Shown: positions 12,057 through 25,354, counted from the stretch's first letter. The stretch: DNA of 64,000 bases from Octopus bimaculoides (GCF_001194135.2 NC_068990.1:86600595-86664594); one strand, 5' to 3'. Notes: generated by a model from the sequence alone, not told the origin. A program made the numbers and translations.

Positions 12057-12526
12057 TAATATACATACACCCACCCACTCTCTCACACACACACATATAC
12101 ATTTGTATGTGTGTGCGTCTTCTACATGTTTAAAACCGGTGTAACTATCGGTATCCAATAAGCAAACCCAATCGATTGGAGAGATATAGAACAACAAAAT
12201 AGGTAAGTATTAAACTGAAAAGAATGATAACAAACCACTTCTCTATGCGAATGACCAACAGTTGTATCTTACAAATGACGAACACCTGCTTTCTATTATA
12301 TATTATAGGCAAATTCAGTCTGGAAATTAGCTTTATATCCAGTTTGGAAAAGTGCACCAAGGTTAACTAGAATAGAAGGAAAATTAATAATCTAATATAG
12401 TAATCTCGAGTCGTGTGATGGAAAATATAGAAACAAAGATGGAAGAATTAGTTAACTGATCGAGGGGAAGTAAGTAACTAAGTATAATACACACTGATAG
12501 TAGAAATGTCGAAGAAGCAATTTTAG

Positions 12527-12703
12527 TTTCAAATTTCGGCACAAAGCCAACGCCAGTGTTCAATTCGTAATTAGCTTTATCGATCCCGAAAATATGAAAT
12601 GTAAAATAGACGTCAGCGGAATTTGAACTTAGAATATGAAGACGGACGAAATACCGTTTAGCTTTTTTGCCCGGCGTGCTAACGACTCTGCCAGATCATT
12701 GGC
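12527..12703 (-). mobile_element. SINE family C
   Basis: Reverse complement of the family C head/core (CTGGCAGA.TCGTTAGCACGCCGGGC..TTCAAATTCCGC). Confidence 0.8.
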
Positions 12704-12730
12704 TTGCTTGAGAAGTAATATTACACAAAC

Positions 12731-12918
12731 GGTCAGCTGGCAAAATCGTTAGCACGCCGGAAAAATGGTCTGCGGCATTTCGTCCGGCTTTAAGTTCTGA
12801 GTTTGAATTCCGCCGAGGTTGACTTTGCCTTTTATCCTTTCGGGTTAATTAAAATAAGTATCAGATGAGTTTTGCGGTCGATGTAATCGACTTAAACCCT
12901 CCCCTGAAATCTCAGGAC
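12731..12918 (+). mobile_element. SINE family C
   Basis: AGCTGGCAAAATCGTTAGCACGCCGG..GAGGTTGACTTTGCCTTTTATCCTTTCGGG..GGTCGATGTAATCGACT. Confidence 0.85.
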
Positions 12919-12962
12919 TATTACACACATATATTATTGCTGTGCAATATTACTCCGTAAAC

Positions 12963-13175
12963 AAGGCAGTAAGCTGACAGAATGGTTAGCACGTTGGGCA
13001 GAATGTTGCGTGGCATTTTCATTGTCTTTAAGTTCTGAGTTCGCATACCGCTGGGGTCGACTTTGCCTTTCATCCTTTCGGGGTTGATAAAATAAATACC
13101 AGTTGAGTACTGGGGTCGATGTAATCTACTTAGCCCCTTCCCTGGAGTTGCTAGCCTTGTACGAAAATTTGAAAT
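12963..13175 (+). mobile_element. SINE family C
   Basis: Full head, core GGTCGACTTTGCCTTTCATCCTTTCGGGG, tail GCCTTGTACGAAAATTTGAAATC. Confidence 0.85.
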
Positions 13176-13625
13176 CACTCTTACACACAAATACGATTAA
13201 AGTTAAACTTGATATGCAAACAATGGAAAGATACATAGTTATTTCTATATGTAAAATTTTGAATCTGAAATGGACGAAAATTGAATTGATAAGATTTGAC
13301 AGGAAAACGAGGCTACTATTGAGTGCATTAGAATACACCATCTATGCCCCGACATAGAATAATTACATATATCTAGAACACAGGCAAGTAGGCGTATTTC
13401 GAAATTAAAAATAATTACGGGTTCTTGTGCAATTAAAACTAATAATATGTCTACTGTGATGCAATAGATTAACAGAATCGGTAGAGGTGGATAAAGGCTT
13501 TTCGGTATTTATTTACACGAAAATCCTAACCCTACCCCCCACGGACACACACATGTATATATATGTGTATTATGTAAGTCTGTCTCTCTGTCTCTCTCTC
13601 TGTCTCTCTCTCTGTCTCTCTCTCT

Positions 13626-13699
<74 letters not shown>

Positions 13700-13904
13700 C
13701 TATCTATCTATCTAGCACACTCACTCAATGCGCACACGCATATGCACTCACACACAAGATGTTTGTTTCTTTAGGAAGCTGATAGATATATAACAGAAAC
13801 GAGGGTAAGACGCACTAAAACTATCATTATATGTCTACATATATCATAAACATCTATTAAAGCAGCACAGCAAATGAAGCCGTATGCTAAGAAGAGAATA
13901 TTAG

Positions 13905-14132
13905 CCGAATCGAAACATTAGCACGCCGGGTGAAGAAATGCTTAGCGGTAATTCGTCTGCCGTTGCGTTCTGAGTTCAAATTCCGCCGAGGTCGACTTTG
14001 CCTTTCATCCTTTCGAGGTCGATAAATTAAGTACCAGTTACGCATTGGGGGCGATGTAATCGACTTAATCCGTTTGTCTGACCTTGTTTGTCCTCTCTAC
14101 GTTTAGTCCCTTGTGGGCAATAAAGAAATAAA
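13905..14132 (+). mobile_element. SINE family C variant (alternative 3' tail) with 13-bp target-site duplication
   Basis: The core matches the family. AAGAGAATATTAG flanks both sides (13892-13904 and 14133-14145). Confidence 0.9.
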
Positions 14133-14350
14133 AAGAGAATATTAGAATATGAAAGGATACACTCACCCACATTTGTCTGTGGTCGTCTGGTCTTTTCCAG
14201 TTTTAAAAGAGGCAAAACTCCAGCACTTACGTATTTGCTCAGCATACTATTCATCACAAACCCGTATAACTAATATGTGCAAAGTAACACCACTAGGCAC
14301 TGCGCACACGAAGTACCCTCAATAGACGAGAAAAGAACAAACACTGCATA

Positions 14351-14528
14351 TTTTTTTATCTTTTACTTGTTTCAGTGATTGGAGTTCTGTCGAATAAATA
14401 CACTCACCAGGCATTGGTAGATCGGGCATTTAGGTAAAGACATTTTTTCAATGTTCCATGCAGTGGGGCTGAAACCCCAAATCACGGAGCTGCAAATCCG
14501 GATACTGAACCGCACAGTATACCTGTGC
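14351..14528 (-). mobile_element. SINE family A, old, internally deleted
   Basis: Degenerate head at 14528-14460 joined to the ACTGAAACAAGTAAAAGA 3' end on the minus strand. Confidence 0.6.
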
Positions 14529-15445
14529 AGATCGATTTTGATATTATATCTCTTGTGGGCGAATGCACCATAAAATAACCCCCAGTGAACTACTGACGTT
14601 GATGTAATCTATTAGTCGGCACTTCCTGTTTCAGCAAATAACACTGGAAGCCTGAAGTATGTTGTATTACAGTTTTTCAAAATATTCAAGTGTTGTGGTC
14701 TCACGATATGGGATTTTTTTCCACCGTCAGCGATTGATTGGCTCAAAAAAATTTCACTTTCTACATGGTCAGTAAAATAAGGTTATTATTTGAAATGTTA
14801 CGTCACCTAAGAATTTCGGTTTGGATTCGAAAATACTGCTCTAAAAAATGCTTGGCAAATAACTTATGCTTGGTTTTACATTAGTTACTTTCCTGCGTAG
14901 AAACCTTCACCCGAAGTCTTCGTTTGAATGTTGATAAAACTCCCCAAGAAAAACACAGACAACGGATGGAAAAAAAGAAAAAAGAAAAGACCAGTGTACA
15001 TGCAATGTCAGAATATGAATAATACATCGCAAACGTAAGACTTAATCAACGTTCAATTGAAATAAGATTAAATCTAAACATGAGAAAATCCCTTACAAGT
15101 AAAATATTAATGGCGGAGATTAGAAAGTATTATGTTATAAAAAATTAGATTTTATGTTTTGTAGTTTACTTATGTTAAGTTTTTGTTTATATAGTGAACG
15201 GTACTGTTTATTGGACGAATTTTTATGTTGTTGCTAGAAACAACAACAACAACAACAACAACAACAATAATAATAATAATAGTAATATATATATATATAT
15301 ATTGGCTTATTAATGTATGTATTTATCGATTGGTTTCTTAATTCCTTGCTCCACTTGCCTTCTAATACAACGTTTTCTTAATTAGAAGAATCAACACATA
15401 CATTAACACTTAAGCACACACATACATACACACACGGGAGCGCGT

Positions 15446-15488
<43 letters not shown>

Positions 15489-16210
15489 CATATACACATA
15501 TCCATGCATACGCGCATACACGAATATATGTATATACATATGTATGTATATATATATATATATATANNNNNNNNNNNNNNNNNNNNNNNNNNNNNNNNNN
15601 NNNNNNNNNNNNNNNNNNNNNNNNNNNNNNNNNNNNNNNNNNNNNNNNNNNNNNNNNNNNNNNNNNNNNNNNNNNNNNNNNNNNNNNNNNNNNNNNNNNN
15701 NNNNNNNNNNNNNNNNNNNNNNNNNNNNNNNNNNNNNNNNNNNNNNNNNNNNNNNNNNNNNNNNNNNNNNNNNNNNNNNNNNNNNNNNNNNNNNNNNNNN
15801 NNNNNNNNNNNNNNNNNNNNNNNNNNNNNNNNNNNNNNNNNNNNNNNNNNNNNNNNNNNNNNNNNNNNNNNNNNNNNNNNNNNNNNNNNNNNNNNNNNNN
15901 NNNNNNNNNNNNNNNNNNNNNNNNNNNNNNNNNNNNNNNNNNNNNNNNNNNNNNNNNNNNNNNNNNNNNNNNNNNNNNNNNNNNNNNNNNNNNNNNNNNN
16001 NNNNNNNNNNNNNNNNNNNNNNNNNNNNNNNNNNNNNNNNNNNNNNNNNNNNNNNNNNNNNNNNNNNNNNNNNNNNNNNNNNNNNNNNNNNNNNNNNNNN
16101 NNNNNNNNNNNNNNNNNNNNNNNNNNNNNNNNNNNNNNNNNNNNNNNNNNNNNNNNNNNNNNNNNNNNNNNNNNNNNNNNNNNNNNNNNNNNNNNNNNNN
16201 NNNNNNNNNN

Positions 16211-16300
16211 ATAAAATAAGTGCTTTTTGAGCTCTGGGGTCGATGTAATCGATTCGATCCTTCACCGTGATAGCTGGCCTTGTCTCAAAATGCAAAACCA
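16211..16300 (+). mobile_element. SINE family C 3' part after a gap
   Basis: ATAAAATAAG..CTGGGGTCGATGTAATCGA..GGCCTTGT. Confidence 0.7.
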
Positions 16301-16733
16301 ATGTGTAACAAACATAAGCACAAACATCTGCAGAAATATAAGTTTTCTTCAAGCAATCGCATTTGAAATACGTTTCGCAATACACCACCGAAATCTACAC
16401 CTCTAGTAGGTTTCGTAGGTCTTCAAATTCATGTTGTGTCCCTCTACTAATATCATGAATGTAGCTAAGGGAAAAAGAAAGAGGGAAATACAGGTATATT
16501 AAATACAACACAATGCAGATTCTTGATTTATAAAATTTATCTCTACTTTTAGATGAGGTGTCGTAATTTCCCAATAGCATTTAAGTCCAGCGCCATATGA
16601 GAACGGGTGATACTGTCTAAAATCAAGAATTTCTCCCAAATTCAAACGCTACTGAGGAAAAGGACGAGGGGAAGCATTTTGTATCATATGAAAGAAGGCA
16701 GTCTTAAACAAAGGTTTCTACCTCTGTAGGTAG

Positions 16734-16782
16734 AACATGTGGTTGGTAAGCAAGCTACTTACCACACAGCCACTCCTGCGCC
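16734..16782 (-). mobile_element. SINE family A head only (3'-truncated)
   Basis: The reverse complement differs from the head starting at 11698 by a single substitution. Confidence 0.85.
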
Positions 16783-17426
16783 TTGGCGTTGATAATATTA
16801 AGCATGACCAGGATCATGATCATGACAATGGCGGAGACATTTATTATGATGACGTTGATCATGATGATAATGTTGCTTATGGTGATGATGAGGGTTATGA
16901 TTTTATGATAAAGATTTTCTTATTCATATCATGTACTTAAATATTTATCAATGATCATATATATTTAGCATGAAATACTATACAAATGATGGCATACACT
17001 AAATGTCCTCTCTTCTCTCCCGCCACACCCTATGCATATAATAATATTCTACTTTGATAAAACACAAATATATTGCTGTATATACTGCATGCTATATGTA
17101 TGTGCTGTGTGTATGTATGACTATATAACACATATATGTGTATGTGTGTGTGTTCATATGTGCATATATACGATACAAATGTTTATGTATATATGTATAT
17201 ATATTTATAAGCAACAATGTTTATGTGTGTATGTATTTACATATAGCTATGTATATATGTTTATATCAATGTGCGCACACACAAAATGTATATATATATG
17301 TATACATACACACATATATATTTATGTATACATATATGTATATATATGTATGTTTATATATATATGTATATATGTATATACATATATATATATATATATA
17401 TATAAATATTTATACATACATAGATG

Positions 17427-17466
<40 letters not shown>

Positions 17467-17952
17467 CATACATAGATGTATATACATACCCATACGCACA
17501 CACATATATATATATTTTTATGTATATATTTTTATGTATTTATTTTCATATATACTTATCTATATTTATCTACGTTTATGTGTGGATATGTAAATGCAAA
17601 CATACATACATACACGCATACACATACATATATATATATATAGAGAGAGAGAGATCAAATATACGCATGTGTTGGCAATTTGCATTTATATTAATATTTT
17701 CTGGATGGTATTTTCGGATCAAAAAGAAATTTTTTCTCCAGAGGATTTTCTCTCATTTCTTTCAATTATGGATCCTCACAAATTTCTGATTTGCTATCTA
17801 TTTCCCACAGAATACTATTATTTTCACAATCCTCATTTCATTTGTTGCTTTTATTACCATTTTCATTGTTGTTTTTGTTCTTATAATCATTATTATTGTT
17901 GTCATTGTTGATGTTGTTGTTATTATTATTATCATCATCATTATTATTATTA

Positions 17953-18282
17953 TCTCTCAAAGCTCTCAGTCTTACTTGCTCTGGTTGATTCTGTGGGAGC
18001 GGTCAGCAACCTGTTTTCAGAGGTCCCATAGTGTCTCTTTCCGCAAATTATAAGCTTTGGAACTGGGGTGTTAATTATCGTGGAAAACACTCAACACCCA
18101 AGAACCAATCTCAAAATCCTAGCTGTCCCCTGTAGAGCATTTCTTGGGGTATATTCTTGTCTCATGTCAATTCCAATCTCTTGACATGTTTCTCGAACTT
18201 GGTTTTTAGTGTCCTGAGTGCGCCTACAACTACTAGGATAACAGCTACTCTCCTTATTGCCCATATACTTGAAATTTCGTAA
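17953..18282 (-). mobile_element. R4/Dong-type C-terminus + 3' UTR with (TAA)n tail
   Basis: Minus-strand RVAVILVVVGALRTLKTKFEKHVK..GTARILRLVLGC*, then UTR and AAT repeats at about 17900-17952. Confidence 0.75.
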
Positions 18283-18299
18283 TATTATTATTATTATTA

Positions 18300-18345
<46 letters not shown>

Positions 18346-18347
<2 letters not shown>

Positions 18348-19625
18348 GAAAACTCGCAGCATATTTTGCTGGGTGTGATGGAAAGTGTCCATCTCCAGAT
18401 ATTCTTCCTTTTCATATGCAATTCAATTGATATTTGCCTTCGAATGAAGCGTGTCATGCCTTACTAAGAACTCTCCTTTCCTATTTAACACATCTATTTC
18501 AACATTCGGCCAGTTCATTATTAGGGCATTATAACATATGATGGCAACCGCTCGCATGTTGATCGCTTTTATTAAATTCCTTGAATTCAATAATCTTTTA
18601 TATAATCTTTTAATCTTTAATCTTCTCACTTTTCTTTTCATTTCCTTATTTATAGTGTCATTGAATTCCTGTATACCGAGGTGCATGTATTCATATTCAT
18701 GAGGCTTTAAAATCCTTCCTTTTGATAAGATTATTCTAATAACATGAGCTTTCTTCTTTCCCTTCGTGGCTAAAATCGTACGTTTTGATAAACTAAATTC
18801 CATGCCAATATTATTGTAACAAACCTTTGTTGCATTAACAAGCAAATTTATCTCATTTCCTCACATTGCAAATATCATTTGATCATCCATGACGAATAGA
18901 TTATTAGGAAAGCTGCTTTGCTGCCTAGTGTATACCCCTTGTTGACTTTTATAAGTGTCGTGCGATAACAAATAACAAGCGTAGGAAGGATGTATACGCG
19001 GAAGATATCCCTTTTAAAGTCTACCTCGCTAGTGATTTCTAATCCATCTTCAAGTTCGCTTTCGACCTCGACACACTAGCAATGAAAATGTTGATAGGGT
19101 TTCGAGGTATGCTAAAAATATTCTCAGCGTCTCCACAATCCCCAAATGGGTCATCTTATCGAAGTTTCCTTCATGCTGGCTCACGGCATGTATAGATTAT
19201 TCTTTGTTTTCATTATTATTTTGTCAATGATCAAATGATTTTTGCTGACCTATTTTCAGCGTTGCCTGTATCCTTCTGCTCAATAACTAAGATAGCTTGT
19301 TCTGAATCAAACGAATCTGTTTTCTGAGAAAGAATGCATTCGGAGTTTCCTTAATACACTGAGGTAGGTGATCGGTCGATAATTTTCTCCTACTTTTCTA
19401 TTTGTAGTATCTTTTAGTATCAAAAATGTTCGTCCCTCAAACATACACTCCAAGTACACTTGCATTTAAACGATTTCCAGTTTGGCCGATTGAAGTTTTC
19501 AGTTGTTTCATCCAAAGGTTTGGCAAATTAATTAGACTTAAGATACAGGAGGCAGTTATTTTTCACAGTGAGAATTGCATGATAAATACGGCAGACGTTT
19601 TCAACTTTCCAATGGATCCTTTTAC
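18346..19625 (-). mobile_element. R4/Dong-type reverse transcriptase domain, decayed
   Basis: Minus-strand NYRPITYL, EQK, FKRDIFR (RGIFQG-like), LFVMDD (FMDD-like), IGMEFSLSK, HLGIQE, LLNSRNLIKAINMRAV, LHSKANI. Many stops and frameshifts. Confidence 0.85.
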
Positions 19626-19790
19626 TTTTTTATTCATTAGAATGTGTCCGACCATGCTATGGCACCACCTTGAAGGCGACCCAGTACTTACTTTTAAGCA
19701 TGATACTTATTCTATCGGTCGCATTTGCCAAACTGCTAGGTCATCTATATAGACTCCAGTGCTCATCTGGTAATTATTTTATTGACTTCT
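19620..19790 (-). mobile_element. SINE family A 3' part plus adjacent family C core fragment
   Basis: CGACCATGCT..TACTTATTCTATCGG..TTTGCCAAACTGCTA, then GACTCCAGTGCTCA.CTGGTAATTATTTTATTGAC..GAAAGGCAAA. Confidence 0.6.
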
Positions 19791-20859
19791 TAAACTTGAA
19801 AGGCAAACAGCCACAGTAAAAAGGAGGATGAAATTATTAGGACTTAATACAACTTAAAAAACAATGTTTATTAAAGGAAACAAGAGGGTATTTTGTCTTC
19901 TGTTTCGCTGTTGCCGAGCCTCAGGTCAACTTCGCTGATAAAAGGCTTTCCAGTCGTGACCATACTGCGTATTATTCAGACAGTGTATATTTAGGACTGC
20001 ATTATTCAGTGAGTCCTTGGATTTTTTAAAAGACGCTAGACAATGAAATGAAGAATATTTTGTTGCTGTTTCTAGTAAGTCGGGTGACCACTCGAGTAAG
20101 AGGGCAGTGTCAAAAAGGGTTGACAGAAAGGTCATAGAGCAGTGGTTCAAAGAAATAGCATTATTGATGCGGGTGTAGAAAATCTGCGTCGCAAAGTCTT
20201 GGATTATTGTTATTCAATTGTCTTGAAAATGTCTGCGAACAAAGAACAAAAAAATTGTGTATAGAAGAGAAAAATATCCTGGAGAAATTCCATAAAGATG
20301 TTATTGGACATGATGTATGAAACTTTAGAAATGATCGTAGAATCAACAATGATATGTGACCAAAAAAACAAAAAAAAACAAAACAAACAAAAAACAACAA
20401 AATCAGGAATTGATTGCACGTCTTCGACAGAAAGTATTTTTGTTAGTTGTCCGACCAGACTCTTCGGTACCACTTTCCTGTGGTGATGAGTGTTTCCAGA
20501 GATGGTATGATGTTGCCTAAGCTTTAAGAACCACTTCTTGGTCTTAATATGTGGACCATACGCGTGGTGGAGAGATAAATGACATGGCTGCGTGGTCAAG
20601 AAGTTTGCTTTGCTGCCACGTGGTTTTGTGTCCTTCACAAAGGCTTTTAAACAGAATAACATAATGATAAGCGTTTTCTTCAAATTTCCATTTCATATTT
20701 CAGGAAATATTAACACAGTCGATTTAAAAACAAAACAGGCTTGGTTTACTACCGGTTGATTGGAAACCAATAACTCAGAGTAATAGAAATTGGAATCTTT
20801 CTATTATAATGTGTTATATATATACATATATTCACTCACACGCATACAAAAACAGAGAT

Positions 20860-20913
<54 letters not shown>

Positions 20914-22027
20914 AGCGGAAAAGCGAGAGTCTGTTGTATATGTATGAAATGTGTGCGTATTCGTGAGTATGTATACCGGTGCAAGTCGGTGTAAACGCTT
21001 TGTGACATTGAAGCTTCGCAAAAGAGAAGTGAGGCATAAAAGGAATAAATCTGGTGAACTTAGTAACAGAGGTATTGAAAATAAGTACCATCCCAAATAG
21101 CGAGATCGATACTATTAGAGGTCGTGATCCAGTATGGCCGTAGAACAATAAATGATAAGAGAGAAGTAAAAACATGGTCGATGATGTCGATAAATTGGAT
21201 TGAGTATCATTTAAGATCCTGCAGGAAATTATTATTGAAATAATTAGTCTTCGTCTTGAAATATGAAATTATTGATAAATGACCGTTAAAGAGGGGTAAA
21301 TATATTTAATGGAGAACTTCAAGAATCTAATTAAAAATATTAATGAGATGATAAGAAGAGAATATTAACTCAATCAGTACTATTAGTTTAATAATTTCGG
21401 GATTTTGAGGAGGTAATTTCTGACGTGTTTCGTTCGTATGTTCTGAGTGTAAGTATACAAACTCGGTGTTGTGTGACCTACATAGCTATGCAGGTATACT
21501 CAAACAGGTATATGATTTCATATACAGCTGCATACAGATAGAGAGGCACGTTAATTAGTTAACGTTTATTCTGAATATATTCTGAAAAGGGAAATACAAG
21601 AAGCAAAACAGGGGGGAGAGAGGAAATACAATTTCTGTCACTTACATTATGGTAGATACAAGCCTACAGAAAACATATCAATGTATGCACTGCATTCACC
21701 CCTCCCCCATCCGACCCACAGGTTTGGGATATCAGGGCAATATCTTTCGTAATGGATCTGCTAATTTCCTTTACGGAACAATGTTTTTGTGCACTGACTG
21801 ACATTTGATACCCAGATATTAGCCGGGACTCCATGAACTCTCAACAGGCAGTAGTTTGCTACAGCCTTCATCACGCCATTCACATAACTGCTAAAGAATT
21901 GTCTTGCGCTTTCAGAACAGCTCAGCATTGAATGATTGCTGATACACTGTACCTAATAGTATTGCGATAGTACATTTTTCAGTTTAATTGTAATTTACAA
22001 GAAGCAGGACCAATAATCTTTGCAAAT

Positions 22028-22103
<76 letters not shown>

Positions 22104-22107
<4 letters not shown>

Positions 22108-22796
22108 GGTTGGAGTCGTTTCAAATCAAATTCTTGATTGGGAAGCCTCCACACCCAAACACGTCCACTGTCTGAAAATAATGCAAATCTGGATTCATCT
22201 GAGAAAATCACTCTATCCCAAAACGAACTGGATTTTTCTGACATCTCCTTAGCCTATTTCTTTCTTTTCATGATATTAATTGGTTGAAGGAGAGGATTTC
22301 TTCTAGCTGCTCGTCCATAATACCTAAGCTTATGCAGATATGTAACACACGTTCTTGGACTAACTTTTAGCTGTTTTGCAATGTCAGAAGCCTTCGAACG
22401 GGGTTCGTTTTCCACAATTCTCTTCAAACAGCGAAGCTTCCTTTCCGCGGGCCCAGGTCGGCCGGGACGAGAATCTCTTGATTCTTTTCCTTGGGTTTTG
22501 AATTGAACTATAATTCTATTAACAGTAGCAAGACGAATTTGAAGATTTTTCGGTAATTTTCCCTGTATAAGACCAGCCTCAGATTGCCCAACAATACGAC
22601 CTCTTTGAGAATCTGACAGTTCTGCTGAATGTTTTGTGCGTGGCATGGTTATTCTTCGCAAATGTCTAATATAATGGCACCTGGAATGAAATCGAATAAT
22701 TACGTTGTAAATTCTACACTGGTGAAAACATATTAAGACGCTTAGATCAGAAATTTTGAAACTTAAAGGTGTCTATTAATTTCCTGCATGTCTATG
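22104..22796 (-). mobile_element. Tc1-family DNA transposon, 5' part (left TIR, HTH and first catalytic D)
   Basis: ORF 22254-22661 ([25 protein letters not shown]..) continues in frame past one TAG into [29 protein letters not shown]|CATAGACATGCAGGAAATTAATAGACACC is a TIR-like end. Truncated at a (CA)n array. Confidence 0.9.
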
Positions 22797-23558
22797 TATA
22801 TATGAACTTATAACTATATATATTCATATGATGTGCGCGTGCGTGTGCATGTGTTTGCGTGTGTTTGCGTGTGTTTGCGTGTGTTTGCGTGTGTTTGCGT
22901 GTGTTTGCGTGTGCGTGTATGAGTCTGTGAGCATGTGTGTATGTATATATCTATGTATATTTAAATATATATATATGCATATATATATACATATGTGGAA
23001 GTGTGTGTGTATGTATGTCTATGTGTGCGTGCGTCAGTGTGTGTATGAGAGCGTCGGTGTGTTTGCAGGTATATAATATTTTGCTGAACTTACTGTGCGT
23101 GTGGGTATATATATATAATAATAATAATGATAATAATAATAATAATAATAATATTAGGGATAAAATGCCAAATTACAGGTAAAAACTGTATGCGACTGGA
23201 TTTTCATCGATGAGTTCATGAACCTTGGTTCTTTTCTCTAAAACTATATATATATATATATATATATNNNNNNNNNNNNNNNNNNNNNNNNNNNNNNNNN
23301 NNNNNNNNNNNNNNNNNNNNNNNNNNNNNNNNNNNNNNNNNNNNNNNNNNNNNNNNNNNNNNNNNNNNNNNNNNNNNNNNNNNNNNNNNNNNNNNNNNNN
23401 NNNNNNNNNNNNNNNNNNNNNNNNNNNNNNNNNNNNNNNNNNNNNNNNNNNNNNNNNNNNNNNNNNNNNNNNNNNNNNNNNNNNNNNNNNNNNNNNNNNN
23501 NNNNNNNNNNNNNNNNNNNNNNNNNNNNNNNNNNNNNNNNNNNNNNNNNNNNNNNNNN

Positions 23559-23611
<53 letters not shown>

Positions 23612-23734
23612 TAGCCATGTTGCTTGGTAACACGCTTGTGTACAAAATGATGGTTGCTAGCTTTGCTGTTACATAAATGCAATGTTAGCAAAATATAGAC
23701 ACACATGTATGCCTGTATGTATGCATTTGTATGT

Positions 23735-23770
<36 letters not shown>

Positions 23771-24265
23771 TAGGTGGGTTTATATAGCTGCATGCTAATA
23801 TGGACTGCTAGAGTCTCTACAACAGCCATACACGCCAGCATATTTACACACATGCGTGTCTGATCGTGTGTTCGTGTGTGTGCTGTGTGTTGATGTCATA
23901 ATGGCAATGAGAAGGTTTCTTGTTATGTAAGCCTATAACTGTGTACGGATACATGCGTAGAAACGGCTGTTACAAACGATCTTGTTATATAAGTCTAGCG
24001 TTGTGTGCCAATGTATTTATAGTTGTTACTAGGGATGCTGTTGCACCAGTCTGAGCGTGTATGCATTCGAATGGGTCTTTGGAGAAATGTTATATACGTT
24101 TATGTGTATAACTGTTGAAGTGTGTTTATAGAGATGTTCTCTATGTAAATATGTGTTGATATGTCGTTGTATGGGTTAACAGTGTTGCTGAGTAAGCGTG
24201 TATGTGTTTACATGTGTATGTCTTTCTTTGTGCTCGCATTTTTGTATATGTATGTATGTATGTGT

Positions 24266-24603
24266 GGAGGCGCAATGGCCCAGTGGTTAGGGCAGCGGAC
24301 TCGCGGTCATAGGATCGCGGTTTCGATTCCCAGACCGGACGTTGTGAGTGTTTATTGAGCGAAAACACCTAAAGCTCTACGAGGCTCCGGCAGGGGATGG
24401 TGGCGAACCCTGCTGTACTCTTTCACCACAACCTTCTCTCACTCTTACTTCCTGTGTCACGCTGAATATCCCTGAGAACTACGTTAAGGGTACACGTGTC
24501 TGTGGAGTGCTCAGCCACTTGCACGTTAATTTCCCGAGCAGGCTGTTCCGTTGATCGGATCAACTGGAACCCTCGACGTCGTAAGCGACGGAGTGCCAAC
24601 AAC
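24266..24603 (+). mobile_element. tRNA-derived SINE family B, 3' module 2
   Basis: Same A box, B box and body as 7852-8043, then a different 3' end (CACTTGCACGTTAATTTC..GACGGAGTGCCAACAAC). Confidence 0.85.
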
Positions 24604-24839
24604 NNNNNNNNNNNNNNNNNNNNNNNNNNNNNNNNNNNNNNNNNNNNNNNNNNNNNNNNNNNNNNNNNNNNNNNNNNNNNNNNNNNNNNNNNNNNNNNNN
24701 NNNNNNNNNNNNNNNNNNNNNNNNNNNNNNNNNNNNNNNNNNNNNNNNNNNNNNNNNNNNNNNNNNNNNNNNNNNNNNNNNNNNNNNNNNNNNNNNNNNN
24801 NNNNNNNNNNNNNNNNNNNNNNNNNNNNNNNNNNNNNNN

Positions 24840-25175
24840 AATGTATATATGAATGTATGTATGTATATGGGTGTGTATGTATGTGCGCATGTCGGTATGT
24901 ATGTGTGCCTGTCTGTGAATGTATACATCAGAATGTATGTATGCATGTATGTGTTATGTATGTATGTATGCATAAGTGTGTATGTATGTATACGGGTGTG
25001 TATGTACGTGCGTATGTCTGTATGCATGTATGTATGTGTATGTATGCATGTATGTGTAATGTATGTATGTTTGTATGCATGTGTGTGTATGTATGTATGT
25101 GTGCATGTGCGTATGTGTGTATGTATGTGTGTCTGTGTGTGTATCTGTTTGTATGTATGTGTGTGTATGTGTGTG
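24840..25175. repeat. Degenerate (TATG)n/(TG)n microsatellite
   Basis: Direct reading. Confidence 0.9.
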
Positions 25176-25354
25176 TTATCGTATCGCATCGAGCTTCTGT
25201 TATGTAAGCCTTCATGTGTTAACGTTGGTTACCACAACTGTAACATAATTCTTATATAAGCGTCTCTGTAACTTAGTATTAGAAGCGTTGATGCAGTATA
25301 ACCGTTGGTGTATACTGCATCTGTGTTAACAGCGTCTTGGACTATGCGTTTGGT

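Noticed and set aside
19900-20700. Possible decayed transposase in higher-complexity sequence
   Set aside because: No recognisable motif in any frame I translated.
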